Below, one piece after another: positions 27,180 through 36,639 of a DNA stretch of 64,000 nt. Numbering within the stretch: position 1 is the first letter of the stretch; every line of letters begins with the position of its first letter. Position numbers and translations under genes: made by a program. Below the pieces are notes generated by a model. That model worked only from the letters and a program-made list of their open reading frames with translations. It ran no database searches and had not been told where the DNA came from. The stretch covers positions 78,337 to 142,336 of the forward strand of contig JAKLGL010000002.1 of assembly GCA_022710645.1 (NCBI GenBank), in the 5' to 3' direction. This DNA comes from Patescibacteria group bacterium (lineage in GTDB: Bacteria > Patescibacteriota > Patescibacteriia > Magasanikbacterales > GWA2-37-8).

Positions 27180-28112
27180 TTATTTCAAAACTTTTTCTTT
27201 TTCCAATTCTTTAACAGATAACCAAAAGAAAATTCCGACTACGACAAAAGTTATTATCGGAGCGGTAAATGAAGAAATTTGTAAATTATAACTTTCCCCT
27301 ATCATAATTGCACCCAAAGATAAAATGGAATACATAGCTCCATTTTTTAAATAACGATATTTTTTGATAGTGTTCAAACCATGAATAGTAAAATAACGAA
27401 CTATATAAGCGCCTAGACCATTACCTAATACAATCAACGGTACCGACATTGTAAAAGCAAAAGCCCCGAGCACACCGTCAATGGAAAAAGTGGTATCAAT
27501 AAGTTCCAAATACAAAATTTTGGCAAAATCTGACATGGTTTTATTATGACTTAATTCTTTTTCAGCAGCTTCGGCATTAGTCTTGAAACCGGTAGTGATA
27601 AAAAAAGCCGTTGAACCTATTACCGCACCAAGCGCGATAAAAGGGTTAATTTTGATAGTAGTCCAAACAACGAAAAGCAAAATCAAAGAAATTATGGAAT
27701 AAAACCAAAAATTCAATTTATGATGAACATATTTTTCCAAAAAGAAAGCGTATTCTTTGGTTTCCAAAAATAACCAATGAAAAAATAAAAAGACAAGATA
27801 AATTCCACCGCCGGCCAAAAGAATAGGGGTGCTTTTTTCAATACTTTCTTTGACCGCTGGATCTGAACTGAAAGTAGCCCAAAATGAACCGACCAAACCA
27901 AGATCGGGATTGGCAAAATATACTATAATAAGAGGTAAGAGGCCTCGAACAACAAAGACAGCGATAATAATACCATAAAACAAAAACCATTTTCGCGCGC
28001 GTTGCGACATGGTTACTAAAACATCGGCGTTTATAACAGCATTATCAATACTGCTGATAATTTCAAATAAAGAAAGACCCAGAACTATGGCCACAGCTTC
28101 GGCTACACCCAT
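27180..28112 (-). CDS. TerC family integral membrane protein.
   Basis: SIDNAVINA motif, multiple TM helices, 310 aa. Confidence 0.7.
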   Translation of the reverse strand: MGVAEAVAIVLGLSLFEIISSIDNAVINADVLVTMSQRARKWFLFYGIIIAVFVVRGLLPLIIVYFANPDLGLVGSFWATFSSDPAVKESIEKSTPILLAGGGIYLVFLFFHWLFLETKEYAFFLEKYVHHKLNFWFYSIISLILLFVVWTTIKINPFIALGAVIGSTAFFITTGFKTNAEAAEKELSHNKTMSDFAKILYLELIDTTFSIDGVLGAFAFTMSVPLIVLGNGLGAYIVRYFTIHGLNTIKKYRYLKNGAMYSILSLGAIMIGESYNLQISSFTAPIITFVVVGIFFWLSVKELEKEKVLK

Positions 28113-28294
28113 ATAAATTTATAAAATTATAAAATGAAATGTTGATATTATTTTAGCAGATTTAGGGGAAAAAATAAAGGAAACATGATCTCGCCTACTC
28201 GTCCCGCTTGTTTTCCCAAACCCTTTCAAGTTCAATTCCTAGTGTAACCATAGTAATAAAAAAACACCCCCTAACGGGAGTGTTTTTTTATTAT

Positions 28295-28366
28295 GTGATC
28301 TCGCTAGGAATTGAACCTAGATTTGCAACTTCGCAGGCTGCTGTCCTATCCGTTGAACGACGAGAC
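28295..28366 (-). tRNA. tRNA-Arg, anticodon GCG as read (72 nt, CCA not encoded).
   Basis: Manual cloverleaf: GGTCTCG..GTTC-AACGGAT-AGGAC..GCAGC-CTGCGAA-GTTGC..CTAGG-TTCAATT-CCTAG-CGAGATC-A. Confidence 0.7.
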
Positions 28367-28431
28367 CTTTTGGGCTTAAAAATTGATGCTTTTAGCATCA
28401 ATTTTTAAACTGGCTATACTATAACACAAGT

Positions 28432-28938
28432 TCAATGTAATTTCAAGAGTCTACCCATTTTATCGGAAAAAGGCTCGTCTTCTTCCTCTAAATTTTCCGT
28501 AACAAAACGACTCAGATATTTATGTACCAAACGCGGATCAATATCACCCAACGGAATATGCAGACGGTGTTTAAAAACATCTTTGAGTCCAAAATATAAA
28601 ACCTTAACTTCCGGAGGATTATAAATAACCCAAAAATCTTTCAATTCACTAAAACGATAATACTTATTACCAACTATAATGCCCGTTTCTACGATAGCAA
28701 AAGGAATTTCGATCGGCTCGTTTTTGTCTTGTAAAAAAATAATAATGGAAAAAAGCACAATAATAATGCCAAAAAGATAATTTTGACTTATAAAAGCATA
28801 GGCAACCAAAGCTAATCCTAAAATACTGGCAAGCCAATACCAACGAGAAGAACGTTCATGTTTTTCATATTCTTTAAAACTCCAAGAATATACTACTTCT
28901 CCAAAATTAACTTGTTCTTTGGTCAAATCTTGTGGCAT
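28432..28938 (-). CDS. Hypothetical membrane protein. The start is reassigned to Met-25 of the track ORF so that it does not overlap tRNA-Val.
   Basis: The track ORF 28432..29010 runs into the tRNA at 28952-29025. An internal ATG at 28938 gives MPQDLTKEQ... with two TM helices. Terminator at 28385-28415. Confidence 0.5.
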   Translation of the reverse strand: MPQDLTKEQVNFGEVVYSWSFKEYEKHERSSRWYWLASILGLALVAYAFISQNYLFGIIIVLFSIIIFLQDKNEPIEIPFAIVETGIIVGNKYYRFSELKDFWVIYNPPEVKVLYFGLKDVFKHRLHIPLGDIDPRLVHKYLSRFVTENLEEEDEPFSDKMGRLLKLH

Positions 28939-28951
28939 ATTTTTATTTATG

Positions 28952-29025
28952 TGGATGATACTGGATTCGAACCAGTGGCCTTTGCAATGTGAATGCAACG
29001 CTCTAACCAACTGAGCTAATCATCC
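28952..29025 (-). tRNA. tRNA-Val, anticodon CAC (74 nt).
   Basis: GGATGAT-TA-GCTC-AGTTGGTTA-GAGC-G-TTGCA-TTCACAT-TGCAA..CCACT-GGTTCGAATCC-AGT-ATCATCC-A. Confidence 0.8.
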
Positions 29026-29040
29026 TTTTTGAATCATTCC

Positions 29041-29120
29041 CTCCGCATATTTAAGAGCGTATGCTCCCCGCCCGTACCGAATGGTACGTTCGGGAGGGTA
29101 ACCAACTGAGCTATGAATCC
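29041..29120 (-). other. tRNA-like 5' fragment: 18/22 identical to the first 22 nt of the adjacent tRNA-Val, followed by a GC-rich imperfect hairpin. It does not fold as a complete tRNA.
   Basis: GGATTCATAGCTCAGTTGGTTA then CCCTCCCGAACGTACC-ATTC-GGTACGGGCGGGGAG. No T-arm or matching acceptor 3' strand was found. Confidence 0.35.
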
Positions 29121-29283
29121 GTTTCAGATATTTTCAAGTTATTTCTGAGAACATTTATAACAAAAAACCCCCTACACCCCGAATTAATTTTAACATAGGC
29201 AAAAAAACTTATCAAGTGCTTATTTTATCATAGAATAAACAAACATTGAATTTAAAAAAACGCTATGATATAATCATTTTCGT

Positions 29284-30846
29284 ATGGAAAACAAAGAAAA
29301 ACAAACAACTGAAGAACAAAAAATCGAAGATCTTGAAGCTGGAAAAACAAAAAAAATAAATCGACTGTGGTATTTAGCGACCGGAGTATTTTTGGTCTTA
29401 CTTTCTTTTTTGGCTTATCATAACATACAAAGCGCCAAAAGTGGCGGCTTACAATTGTTGGAGCCGAAAAAATTCGGTATTTTTTCTTCGGTAAAAAATC
29501 TGTTTTTTAATTCCGGCGGAATGGTAGAAGGACAAAAGGATGATAGGATAAACATACTTTTGCTTGGTATAGGTGGTAGCGGACATGACGGGCCTTATCT
29601 TTCCGATACTAATATTATCGTCAGTATCAAACCTAGCACTCAAGAAGTAGCTATGATTTCCATTCCCCGCGATTTGGGTGTACAAATAAAAGATAAGGGA
29701 TTAAATAAAATAAACTTTGCCGACGCTATTGGAGAAGCGGAAAACCCCGGACAAGGAGGCGAATATGCCAGACAAGTATTTGAAGAAATTTTTGGTATTT
29801 CAATCCCCTATTATGTACGTGTCGATTTTAAAGCTTTTGAAGAAATAATTAATTCCGTAGGCGGTTTGGATGTTGATATATCCAACTCTTTTATTGACCA
29901 ATCATACCCCGGAGAAAATTATTCTTACCAAACTGTGCAATTTGAAAAAGGTGTAGAACATATGGACGGCGCAAGAGCTTTGATTTATGCTCGTTCTCGT
30001 CACGGAACCAATGGTGAAAATTCCGATTTTGCTCGTTCTCGTCGACAACAACAAATCATGTCTCTACTCAAAGACAAACTAATGTCTTTTGAAACATACA
30101 GCAATCCGGCAAAAATAAAAAATATTTTGGATTCTTTATCCAAAAATATTTCAACCAATTTTAATATAGGACAGATAATTTATTTGGGAAATTTGGTAAA
30201 AAACACTAAACAAACAGATATAAAAAACTTGGTTCTTGATAGTGGAATCAACGGCTTTACCGTTCCTTATGTCGGCGAAAATGGTGCATTTATGCTCGCT
30301 CCTCGCGGAGGAAAGTTGGACTATATCAATTACGCTATAAATAGAATCTTTGACAATGTCACCACTACTCCAAATTGGAATGTAGTAATAAACGACGAAT
30401 CTGTTTATAAATTCAACGAAGAAAAGAAAACCGTATCATCGACTGATCAACGTCATACAATTCCCGTCTGGCCGAATATAAAAATAGAAATACTCAACGG
30501 TACTTGGCGCGCCGGATTGGCTTCTCGTTATCAAAGCAAATTAGAAGATAACGGTTTTAATGTCATTTCTATAGGAAACGCCGATAAAAGACCTACGGAA
30601 AAAACCACTATTTATCTCATAAATAAAGACATTGATAACGAGGTAATCATTGCTTTAAATAAAGACATAACGGGTAAAATAATAAACTCAGCTCCTGACT
30701 GGTATTTGGCAAAATTTATTACCACCACTGATGCGTTGCCCAATAATTATGAAGGTTTGGATGAAGAAGGAGAAACCTCAGAAATATTGACAAATTCGCT
30801 AATCTCTGATATTCTTATCGTTCTTGGCGCTGATGCAAAAGAATAA
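29284..30846 (+). CDS. LytR-CpsA-Psr (LCP) family cell-envelope protein with a C-terminal LytR_C-like domain.
   Basis: N-terminal TM helix, NILLLGIGGSGHDGPYLSDTNIIVSIKP...ISIPRDL core, 520 aa. Confidence 0.8.
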   Translation: MENKEKQTTEEQKIEDLEAGKTKKINRLWYLATGVFLVLLSFLAYHNIQSAKSGGLQLLEPKKFGIFSSVKNLFFNSGGMVEGQKDDRINILLLGIGGSGHDGPYLSDTNIIVSIKPSTQEVAMISIPRDLGVQIKDKGLNKINFADAIGEAENPGQGGEYARQVFEEIFGISIPYYVRVDFKAFEEIINSVGGLDVDISNSFIDQSYPGENYSYQTVQFEKGVEHMDGARALIYARSRHGTNGENSDFARSRRQQQIMSLLKDKLMSFETYSNPAKIKNILDSLSKNISTNFNIGQIIYLGNLVKNTKQTDIKNLVLDSGINGFTVPYVGENGAFMLAPRGGKLDYINYAINRIFDNVTTTPNWNVVINDESVYKFNEEKKTVSSTDQRHTIPVWPNIKIEILNGTWRAGLASRYQSKLEDNGFNVISIGNADKRPTEKTTIYLINKDIDNEVIIALNKDITGKIINSAPDWYLAKFITTTDALPNNYEGLDEEGETSEILTNSLISDILIVLGADAKE

Positions 30847-30934
30847 ATTACAAAATTACAAAAATTAAAAATTGAAAAGATATTATCTAATCTTTGTAAT
30901 CTCTGCTATTTCTTCAATCTTTTAAATCTGGCTT

Positions 30935-32389
30935 ATGGCTACTCCCGCAAAAATCATAGAACAAAATCTACCTACCGTCGCTTTGGTCGGCAGAGTTAAT
31001 GTTGGTAAATCCACCCTTTTCAATAAAATCACCGAAACCGCGCATGCCTTGGTCTCAAATATTCCCGGCACTACCCGCACCCGCAATATAGGAATCGCTT
31101 CTTGGCGCGGAAAACAATTTCGCCTTATTGATACCGGAGGTTTAACCTTTGACGAAAGTGTGCCGCTCGAAAAAGAAATCATCGCCCAAACTGAAATAGC
31201 TCTAAACGAAGCCGACGTGATAGTTTTTGTGGTTGATATTCAAGATGAACTTTTGCCTCAAGAAAAAGAATTGGCTCGCCGTCTCAGACAAAAAGAAAAA
31301 AATAAGCCTGTTATTTTGGTAGCCAATAAAGCGGATAATGCCGCTTTCCGTTCCCGTGCTTATGAAGAGCAGTGGCTCAAATTGGGTTTAGGAGAACCTA
31401 TTCCAGTTTCAGCTGGCAACGGCAGTAATGTAGGAGACTTTTTGGACTTACTTTATAAACAATTCAATAAAACAAAAATTCGTCCCAAACAAGAAAAAAA
31501 TTTAAACCCGATTAAAGTAGCTTTGATAGGAAAACCCAATGTTGGTAAATCCACGCTTTTTAACAGCTTGATAGGAGAAGAAAGAGTTATTGTAAGCGAA
31601 ATGCCGCATACTACTCGCGAACCGCACGATATTTTGGTGGAAGCCGAAGATCAAGCTATGTTATTTGTTGATACAGCCGGTATAAGACGCAAAACCAAAG
31701 TCAGCGGAGAATTGGAAAGAATAGGTATTGGTAAAAGTTTGGATGCTATAAATAAAGCCGACATTGTTTTATTTCTTCTTGATGCCGGAGAACCGATAAC
31801 TGATCAAGATCAACAACTTGGCGGATTTCTTAAAGAACATACCAAAAGCACTATCATCGTAATAAATAAATGGGATAAGGCCGAAGCCAATGACGATGAG
31901 TTTCGCGGAGAAGTTAAACAATTGATTTATAACAATTTTCCTCACTTGGATTTTGCGCCCGTTGTTTTTGTTAGCGCCAAATCGCAATATCGCGTACACC
32001 AAATTTTTCCTCTTATCAAACAAGCATATGAGGCCAGACAAATCACGCTTGATGATGCCACACTGAAAGAATTCCTCAAAAATACTACACACAAAAGAAT
32101 GCCGACGACCGGAAAAGGTGTACGCCATCCGAAGATTTTGAGCTTGAAACAATTGGCCAGCAATCCGCCGGTATTTGAATTGATGATCAAGGTAAAAACT
32201 TCTTTACATAATTCTTACATCCAATATCTCAAAAAACGCTTGCGTGAAAAATTCGGTTTTTTCGCCACTCCGCTCATAATCAAAGTTTCAAAATTGAAAC
32301 AATTGGCTTTTAACAAGCAAGAGAGAAAAGCCGGAGAAAAACCCGTTAGAAAAAGAAAATTTGTACGCACCGCGCAAAGATACAGATAA
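30935..32389 (+). CDS. der: Ribosome-associated GTPase Der (EngA) with a basic C-terminal tail.
   Basis: Two G domains (VALVGRVNVGKSTLFN, VALIGKPNVGKSTLFN) plus a KH-like domain. Terminator at 32395-32425. Confidence 0.9.
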   Translation: MATPAKIIEQNLPTVALVGRVNVGKSTLFNKITETAHALVSNIPGTTRTRNIGIASWRGKQFRLIDTGGLTFDESVPLEKEIIAQTEIALNEADVIVFVVDIQDELLPQEKELARRLRQKEKNKPVILVANKADNAAFRSRAYEEQWLKLGLGEPIPVSAGNGSNVGDFLDLLYKQFNKTKIRPKQEKNLNPIKVALIGKPNVGKSTLFNSLIGEERVIVSEMPHTTREPHDILVEAEDQAMLFVDTAGIRRKTKVSGELERIGIGKSLDAINKADIVLFLLDAGEPITDQDQQLGGFLKEHTKSTIIVINKWDKAEANDDEFRGEVKQLIYNNFPHLDFAPVVFVSAKSQYRVHQIFPLIKQAYEARQITLDDATLKEFLKNTTHKRMPTTGKGVRHPKILSLKQLASNPPVFELMIKVKTSLHNSYIQYLKKRLREKFGFFATPLIIKVSKLKQLAFNKQERKAGEKPVRKRKFVRTAQRYR

Positions 32390-32487
32390 AAATAAAATCG
32401 TCCGCCTAAGGCGGACGATTTTTGTCTCCCTGATTATTTCTATATCCTTCTTGATGTTAAGCACTATATAATATATACTATACTCAT

Positions 32488-33012
32488 ATGAAACTTATAA
32501 TCGGTCTTGGAAATCCCGGTAAAGAATACGAAAAAACGCGTCATAACGCGGGTTTTTTGGTTGTTGATGCGCTGGCCCAAAAACTTGGCGCAAGTTTTAA
32601 ATTCCAAAAAAAATTCAATGCCGAAATCGCGCAAACCAAACTTGAAGGCGAAGACGTATTACTCATGAAACCGCAAACTTTCATGAATTTATCCGGCGAA
32701 TCTGTTCGCGCGGTAATGGATTTTTATAAAATCAAACCCAAAGATATTGTTGTAATCCAGGATGACAAAGATATACTTTTTGGACAAGTAAAATATCAAA
32801 CCGACAGATCTGCAGCCGGACACAATGGCATAAAATCTATCATTGAACATTTAAGCACACAGGAATTTGCTCGCATTCGCATTGGTGTGGCTTGGAAAGA
32901 CAAAGAAAAAATGGGAGAGACGGCAGAGTTTGTGCTACGGAATTTTAGCAAATCGGAAATGGAAGAATTGAATGTAATTATTGAGGAAATTTGTGGAAAA
33001 ATACTTTCATAA
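32488..33012 (+). CDS. pth: Peptidyl-tRNA hydrolase.
   Basis: MKLIIGLGNPGKEYEKTRHNAGF. Confidence 0.9.
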   Translation: MKLIIGLGNPGKEYEKTRHNAGFLVVDALAQKLGASFKFQKKFNAEIAQTKLEGEDVLLMKPQTFMNLSGESVRAVMDFYKIKPKDIVVIQDDKDILFGQVKYQTDRSAAGHNGIKSIIEHLSTQEFARIRIGVAWKDKEKMGETAEFVLRNFSKSEMEELNVIIEEICGKILS

Positions 33013-33091
33013 TTTACAATTTACAATTTTTAATGAATTTCCAATATTACAATTTACAATTGAAGATTGATTAAAAATTAAAAATTTCGTT
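33013..33091. repeat. Short direct repeats, caatttacaatt x2, around an AT-rich core.
   Basis: aatttacaatttacaatttttaatgaatttccaatattacaatttacaattg. Confidence 0.4.
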
Positions 33092-34171
33092 GTGTTTCTC
33101 TTACTCCCCTTCTTCCCAAAAATCACCTATTCCCGCTTCAAAAAGGCGGTGAATTATTTTTTAAACCCCGAAGATATTTGGTCTGCCGAAATTAGTGATT
33201 TGATTACCGCCGGTTGGGAAGAAAATGTGGCTGAGGAATTCGTGACTTGGAAAGATAAACAAACAAAAGAAAAATTACAAGAAATTTTGGACAAAGAAAA
33301 TATCCGCGCGATTAAAATAGATGATGCGGAATATCCAACTTTACTCAAAGAAATAAAGGATCCTCCGTTTGTTTTATTTGTGCGCGGAAAAATTCCCTCT
33401 TTTATTCCGCGAAGTATAAGTGTAGTTGGTACACGCAAACATAGTATTTATGCCAAAATAGCCGTACAAACTATTGTCACTGATCTGGTAAAACGCGGTT
33501 TTGTGATAGTTTCCGGATTAGCTCTCGGAATTGATGCTTTGGCTCACGAATATGCTCTCAAGGCTGGCGGAAAAACCGTAGCTTTTTTGGGAAGTAGTGT
33601 AGTGCAAAAAGAAATTTATCCGGTAAACAACCAAAAATTAGCCGAAGAAATAGTCGCAAACGGCGGAGCGGTAATTTCCGAATATCCGCCCGGTTTTGAA
33701 CCCACACTTTACTCTTTTCCCATGCGAAACCGTCTTATCGCCGGTTCTACCCCCGGAACACTGGTTATTGAGGCCCCAAATGGCTCAGGATCGCTGATTA
33801 CAGCGGAAAACGCCAAAGAATACAGTAGAGTTGTAATGTGCCTCCCCCACCCTATAAACTCAGTTTTTGGCGCCGGAGGTAATTTATTATTGAAAAAAGA
33901 CGCCAAAATTGTACTAAAATCCGAGGATATTTTGGAAATTCTCAATTTGAATTTAGCGGTCAAAGAAGTCACAAAACAAACAGTGATGAATTTTAGCTCT
34001 GATGAAGAAAAAATTCTAAATACCTTGTCAACTGAGCCAAAAAACATTGATTTTATCATCCGTGAATCAGGCCTACCCGCTCCCCAAGTCAGCACTCTAA
34101 TGGTACTTTTGGAAATGAGAGGTATTATCAAAAACGCCGGGAATATGAATTTTTATAAAAATATCGTTTAA
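33092..34171 (+). CDS. dprA: DNA processing protein DprA (Smf), GTG start.
   Basis: Rossmann-like core SVVGTRKHSIYAKIA...VSGLALGIDALAHEYAL, 359 aa. Confidence 0.85.
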   Translation: MFLLLPFFPKITYSRFKKAVNYFLNPEDIWSAEISDLITAGWEENVAEEFVTWKDKQTKEKLQEILDKENIRAIKIDDAEYPTLLKEIKDPPFVLFVRGKIPSFIPRSISVVGTRKHSIYAKIAVQTIVTDLVKRGFVIVSGLALGIDALAHEYALKAGGKTVAFLGSSVVQKEIYPVNNQKLAEEIVANGGAVISEYPPGFEPTLYSFPMRNRLIAGSTPGTLVIEAPNGSGSLITAENAKEYSRVVMCLPHPINSVFGAGGNLLLKKDAKIVLKSEDILEILNLNLAVKEVTKQTVMNFSSDEEKILNTLSTEPKNIDFIIRESGLPAPQVSTLMVLLEMRGIIKNAGNMNFYKNIV

Positions 34172-34248
34172 TTTGTTTAAATTGACAAATTATTTTATTA
34201 CTTTTATAATAAAATTAGATCTTTATAAATTTTAATAAGGGGTTAGTC

Positions 34249-34419
34249 ATGTCAAAGCTTTCGGAAAAAGAACAAAAAAGAATAGACAAAATCAATCAGG
34301 TAGATGAAGAAGAATTAAGATTTGCTACTTCTGTAAGAGAGGTGCTTCCACCGCTGTGGGGAGAAAAAAAAGAAAAAAAAATTGAAGTTAGGGTTTATCC
34401 CATGGAACCTCCAAAATAG
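34249..34419 (+). CDS. Small ORF (56 aa) behind a perfect consensus promoter. It contains A8/A9 tracts.
   Basis: TTGACA (34182-34187), 17 nt, TATAAT (34205-34210). RBS aaggggttagtcATG. MSKLSEKEQKRIDKINQVDEEELRFATSVREVLPPLWGEKKEKKIEVRVYPMEPPK. Followed by a hairpin. Confidence 0.35.
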   Translation: MSKLSEKEQKRIDKINQVDEEELRFATSVREVLPPLWGEKKEKKIEVRVYPMEPPK

Positions 34420-34593
34420 CGTCCTTTATGGGCGCTTTTTTATTAAAAATTATTTATTTTGCAAAAATATTATCTAGAATTTGAAATAATTTTGAAAATA
34501 AAAAAATGACAGGGTTTATTCTGTCATTTTTTATTTATTTTAGAAGTATCAAAATATCAAAGAAACAAAATAAAAAAATAAGTTAACAAGTGA

Positions 34594-36510
34594 TTACACT
34601 TGCCTGCCCGCCTCTGGCGGGCGGAGAGAAAAGACAAACCCGTAGTAATCATACCACCTAAAGTCAGGCCTGGCATCGTTGCTGTCGAGCCAAAGAGCGT
34701 CGCCACTATTGCGCAGAGTGAACACGCGCGGGTGGCGGACGCTGTCGGCTATTTGTTTCATTCCAATTACAATATATTCTCTAGTTTGATTTTGCAATCT
34801 GAAATTTGGCCCCGTTTCCGGAGGACAAAGTTCTAAACCAAGTTCTTTAGCTTTGGCAAATATTTCATCCGTGGTTTGATTTTTAGTTTTGAGATCTGCT
34901 ACTTTTAAACGGATAAGGGTTTCATTTTGTTTGGTTTTTGAAGTAGTAAAATCAGGACTATTAAACACATCTTGCGCCCAGTCGGAGATTACGATATTTT
35001 GTTTTTTCATTTCTTCTTCTAATTCATCTTTGTTTTTTCCGCCAATTTCAATGTTATATCTTCGGATTTTACCTTCGGGAAATTCGGTGTAGATATGTTC
35101 GGTTTGAAGAACTTGGAAAATATTTGGGAACAGTTCACCAACGTAGGCCTTAGTATTTTCATTGATTTCTTTTTGGTTATGAGCAACTTGATTAGGTTCA
35201 TAATCAAAAATTATGAGTATATCTCTATCTTTGTTTCTGGTATCTCGTATTTCTTTGATACGAGGATCATCGTCATAACCAAAACCTTGAATAGGTCGGT
35301 CTATTTCATAAAGGAAAGTTAATTCGTCTTTGTTTAGTTCTTCGTTGTTTTTGGTTTTTTTATCAATTTGGGTGAGGAGTTTCATATCCGCGGATTTTTT
35401 GATATATTTTTCCGCTCCCGGCAGTTCGTTCATTTTCTTTTGCGCGATATCTACCATATTACCTTCAAGATTTTGGTCATTGTCAGATACTCCTCTTACT
35501 TCACCGATATCTTTTCCTTGCATTCTGATGGCTATGCGCGGAATGGTCGGCTTGCCTTGTTTGTCAAAAGTATAATAGACATAAAAATCACCGCCCTTGA
35601 GCTGGGTTTGCGCTGTGCCGAAACCTTTAGTGCACCAAGCTGTGCCTTTGTTTTGCAGGGACGCCCATAGAGCCGTCGGGTCTGTGTCTTTTTGATATTT
35701 TTTCCATTCACCTCTGGTTTCTTCTCGCATTTCCGGAGTAATTTCTCCAGATTGTTTTATCGCTTCGGTATATTGTTTGGCAAAAGAAAGTTTAGCGAAA
35801 TTTGCCACTTTTTCTTTGGTAATTAATTGATCTTCAGGAATATTTTCCAAAGCTGCTGATTTTTGGGCTTTTCTGAGTTTTTCAAGTATTTCCGGATTTT
35901 TATCAGCTTCGATCATTTGTTGCACATATGCTAAAGCTCCTCGATCAATATCAGGAAAAAGACGGACCGTTCCCGGAGATCGTTTAGTAAATTCTCCTTT
36001 ATCTTTGTCATAATCGCCCATATCAAGGATGTTGCGAAAGGCGTAATATCTAAACCAAGTCGGATAAGGCTCGTTGGCATCGGACAGATATGAAATCCAA
36101 CCATCCAAACTTTTTTCTACATCAGTAACAGCGATTTCTCCGCGCTCTGCAAGTTCTTCTTGTCCATATTGAGCTTCTATGCCCAAAGTTCTGGCGGCAC
36201 GTTCTTCAACTCTGGCCGCGTTTTCAGCCATTTTTTCTTTATGAGGACGGACATATTTATCCATTACCATTTCTCGGAGTAATGACAACGCCCGAGGACG
36301 AGATTCCGCATTAACTGTTTTTTTACTCTGCTTTTTATCAGGATCAAGGACTAAACCTTCTAGACGATCAAGGTAATTTTGAATCATGGATTCCGGATCA
36401 CCTTTTACCTTTTCGCCGGTTTGACTTTCAGTGCGTTTTTTGGCATTCAAAACTTCTTCACTGGTGTGAAGGTTGTATTTGTTTTTAAGGAAATTTGGGT
36501 TTTCGGACAT
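34594..36510 (-). CDS. Large orphan protein (638 aa) of unknown function, inserted between dprA and topA. The 3' end is GC-rich.
   Basis: Intact ORF, opposite strand to both neighbours, with a charged helical N-terminus. No motif I recognise. The last ~160 nt are GC-rich and end in the hairpin gcccgcc-tct-ggcgggc. Terminator at 34505-34540. Confidence 0.55.
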   Translation of the reverse strand: MSENPNFLKNKYNLHTSEEVLNAKKRTESQTGEKVKGDPESMIQNYLDRLEGLVLDPDKKQSKKTVNAESRPRALSLLREMVMDKYVRPHKEKMAENAARVEERAARTLGIEAQYGQEELAERGEIAVTDVEKSLDGWISYLSDANEPYPTWFRYYAFRNILDMGDYDKDKGEFTKRSPGTVRLFPDIDRGALAYVQQMIEADKNPEILEKLRKAQKSAALENIPEDQLITKEKVANFAKLSFAKQYTEAIKQSGEITPEMREETRGEWKKYQKDTDPTALWASLQNKGTAWCTKGFGTAQTQLKGGDFYVYYTFDKQGKPTIPRIAIRMQGKDIGEVRGVSDNDQNLEGNMVDIAQKKMNELPGAEKYIKKSADMKLLTQIDKKTKNNEELNKDELTFLYEIDRPIQGFGYDDDPRIKEIRDTRNKDRDILIIFDYEPNQVAHNQKEINENTKAYVGELFPNIFQVLQTEHIYTEFPEGKIRRYNIEIGGKNKDELEEEMKKQNIVISDWAQDVFNSPDFTTSKTKQNETLIRLKVADLKTKNQTTDEIFAKAKELGLELCPPETGPNFRLQNQTREYIVIGMKQIADSVRHPRVFTLRNSGDALWLDSNDARPDFRWYDYYGFVFSLRPPEAGRQV

Positions 36511-36639
36511 AGAAAAATGTTTAAAACTGCTTTGTTTATCTAATTATAGCATAAATTGATGATTTTGGCAATATACCACATTTTGATGATAAATTGACGA
36601 AAAAGGAACTATATAGTAGTATAGAGTTTAATAAATTTT

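Noticed and set aside
28939-29010. N-terminal 24 codons of track ORF 28432..29010 (MVRALHSHCKGHWFESSIIHINKN).
   Set aside because: This segment is the reverse complement of tRNA-Val. The coding sequence must start at the internal ATG at 28938.
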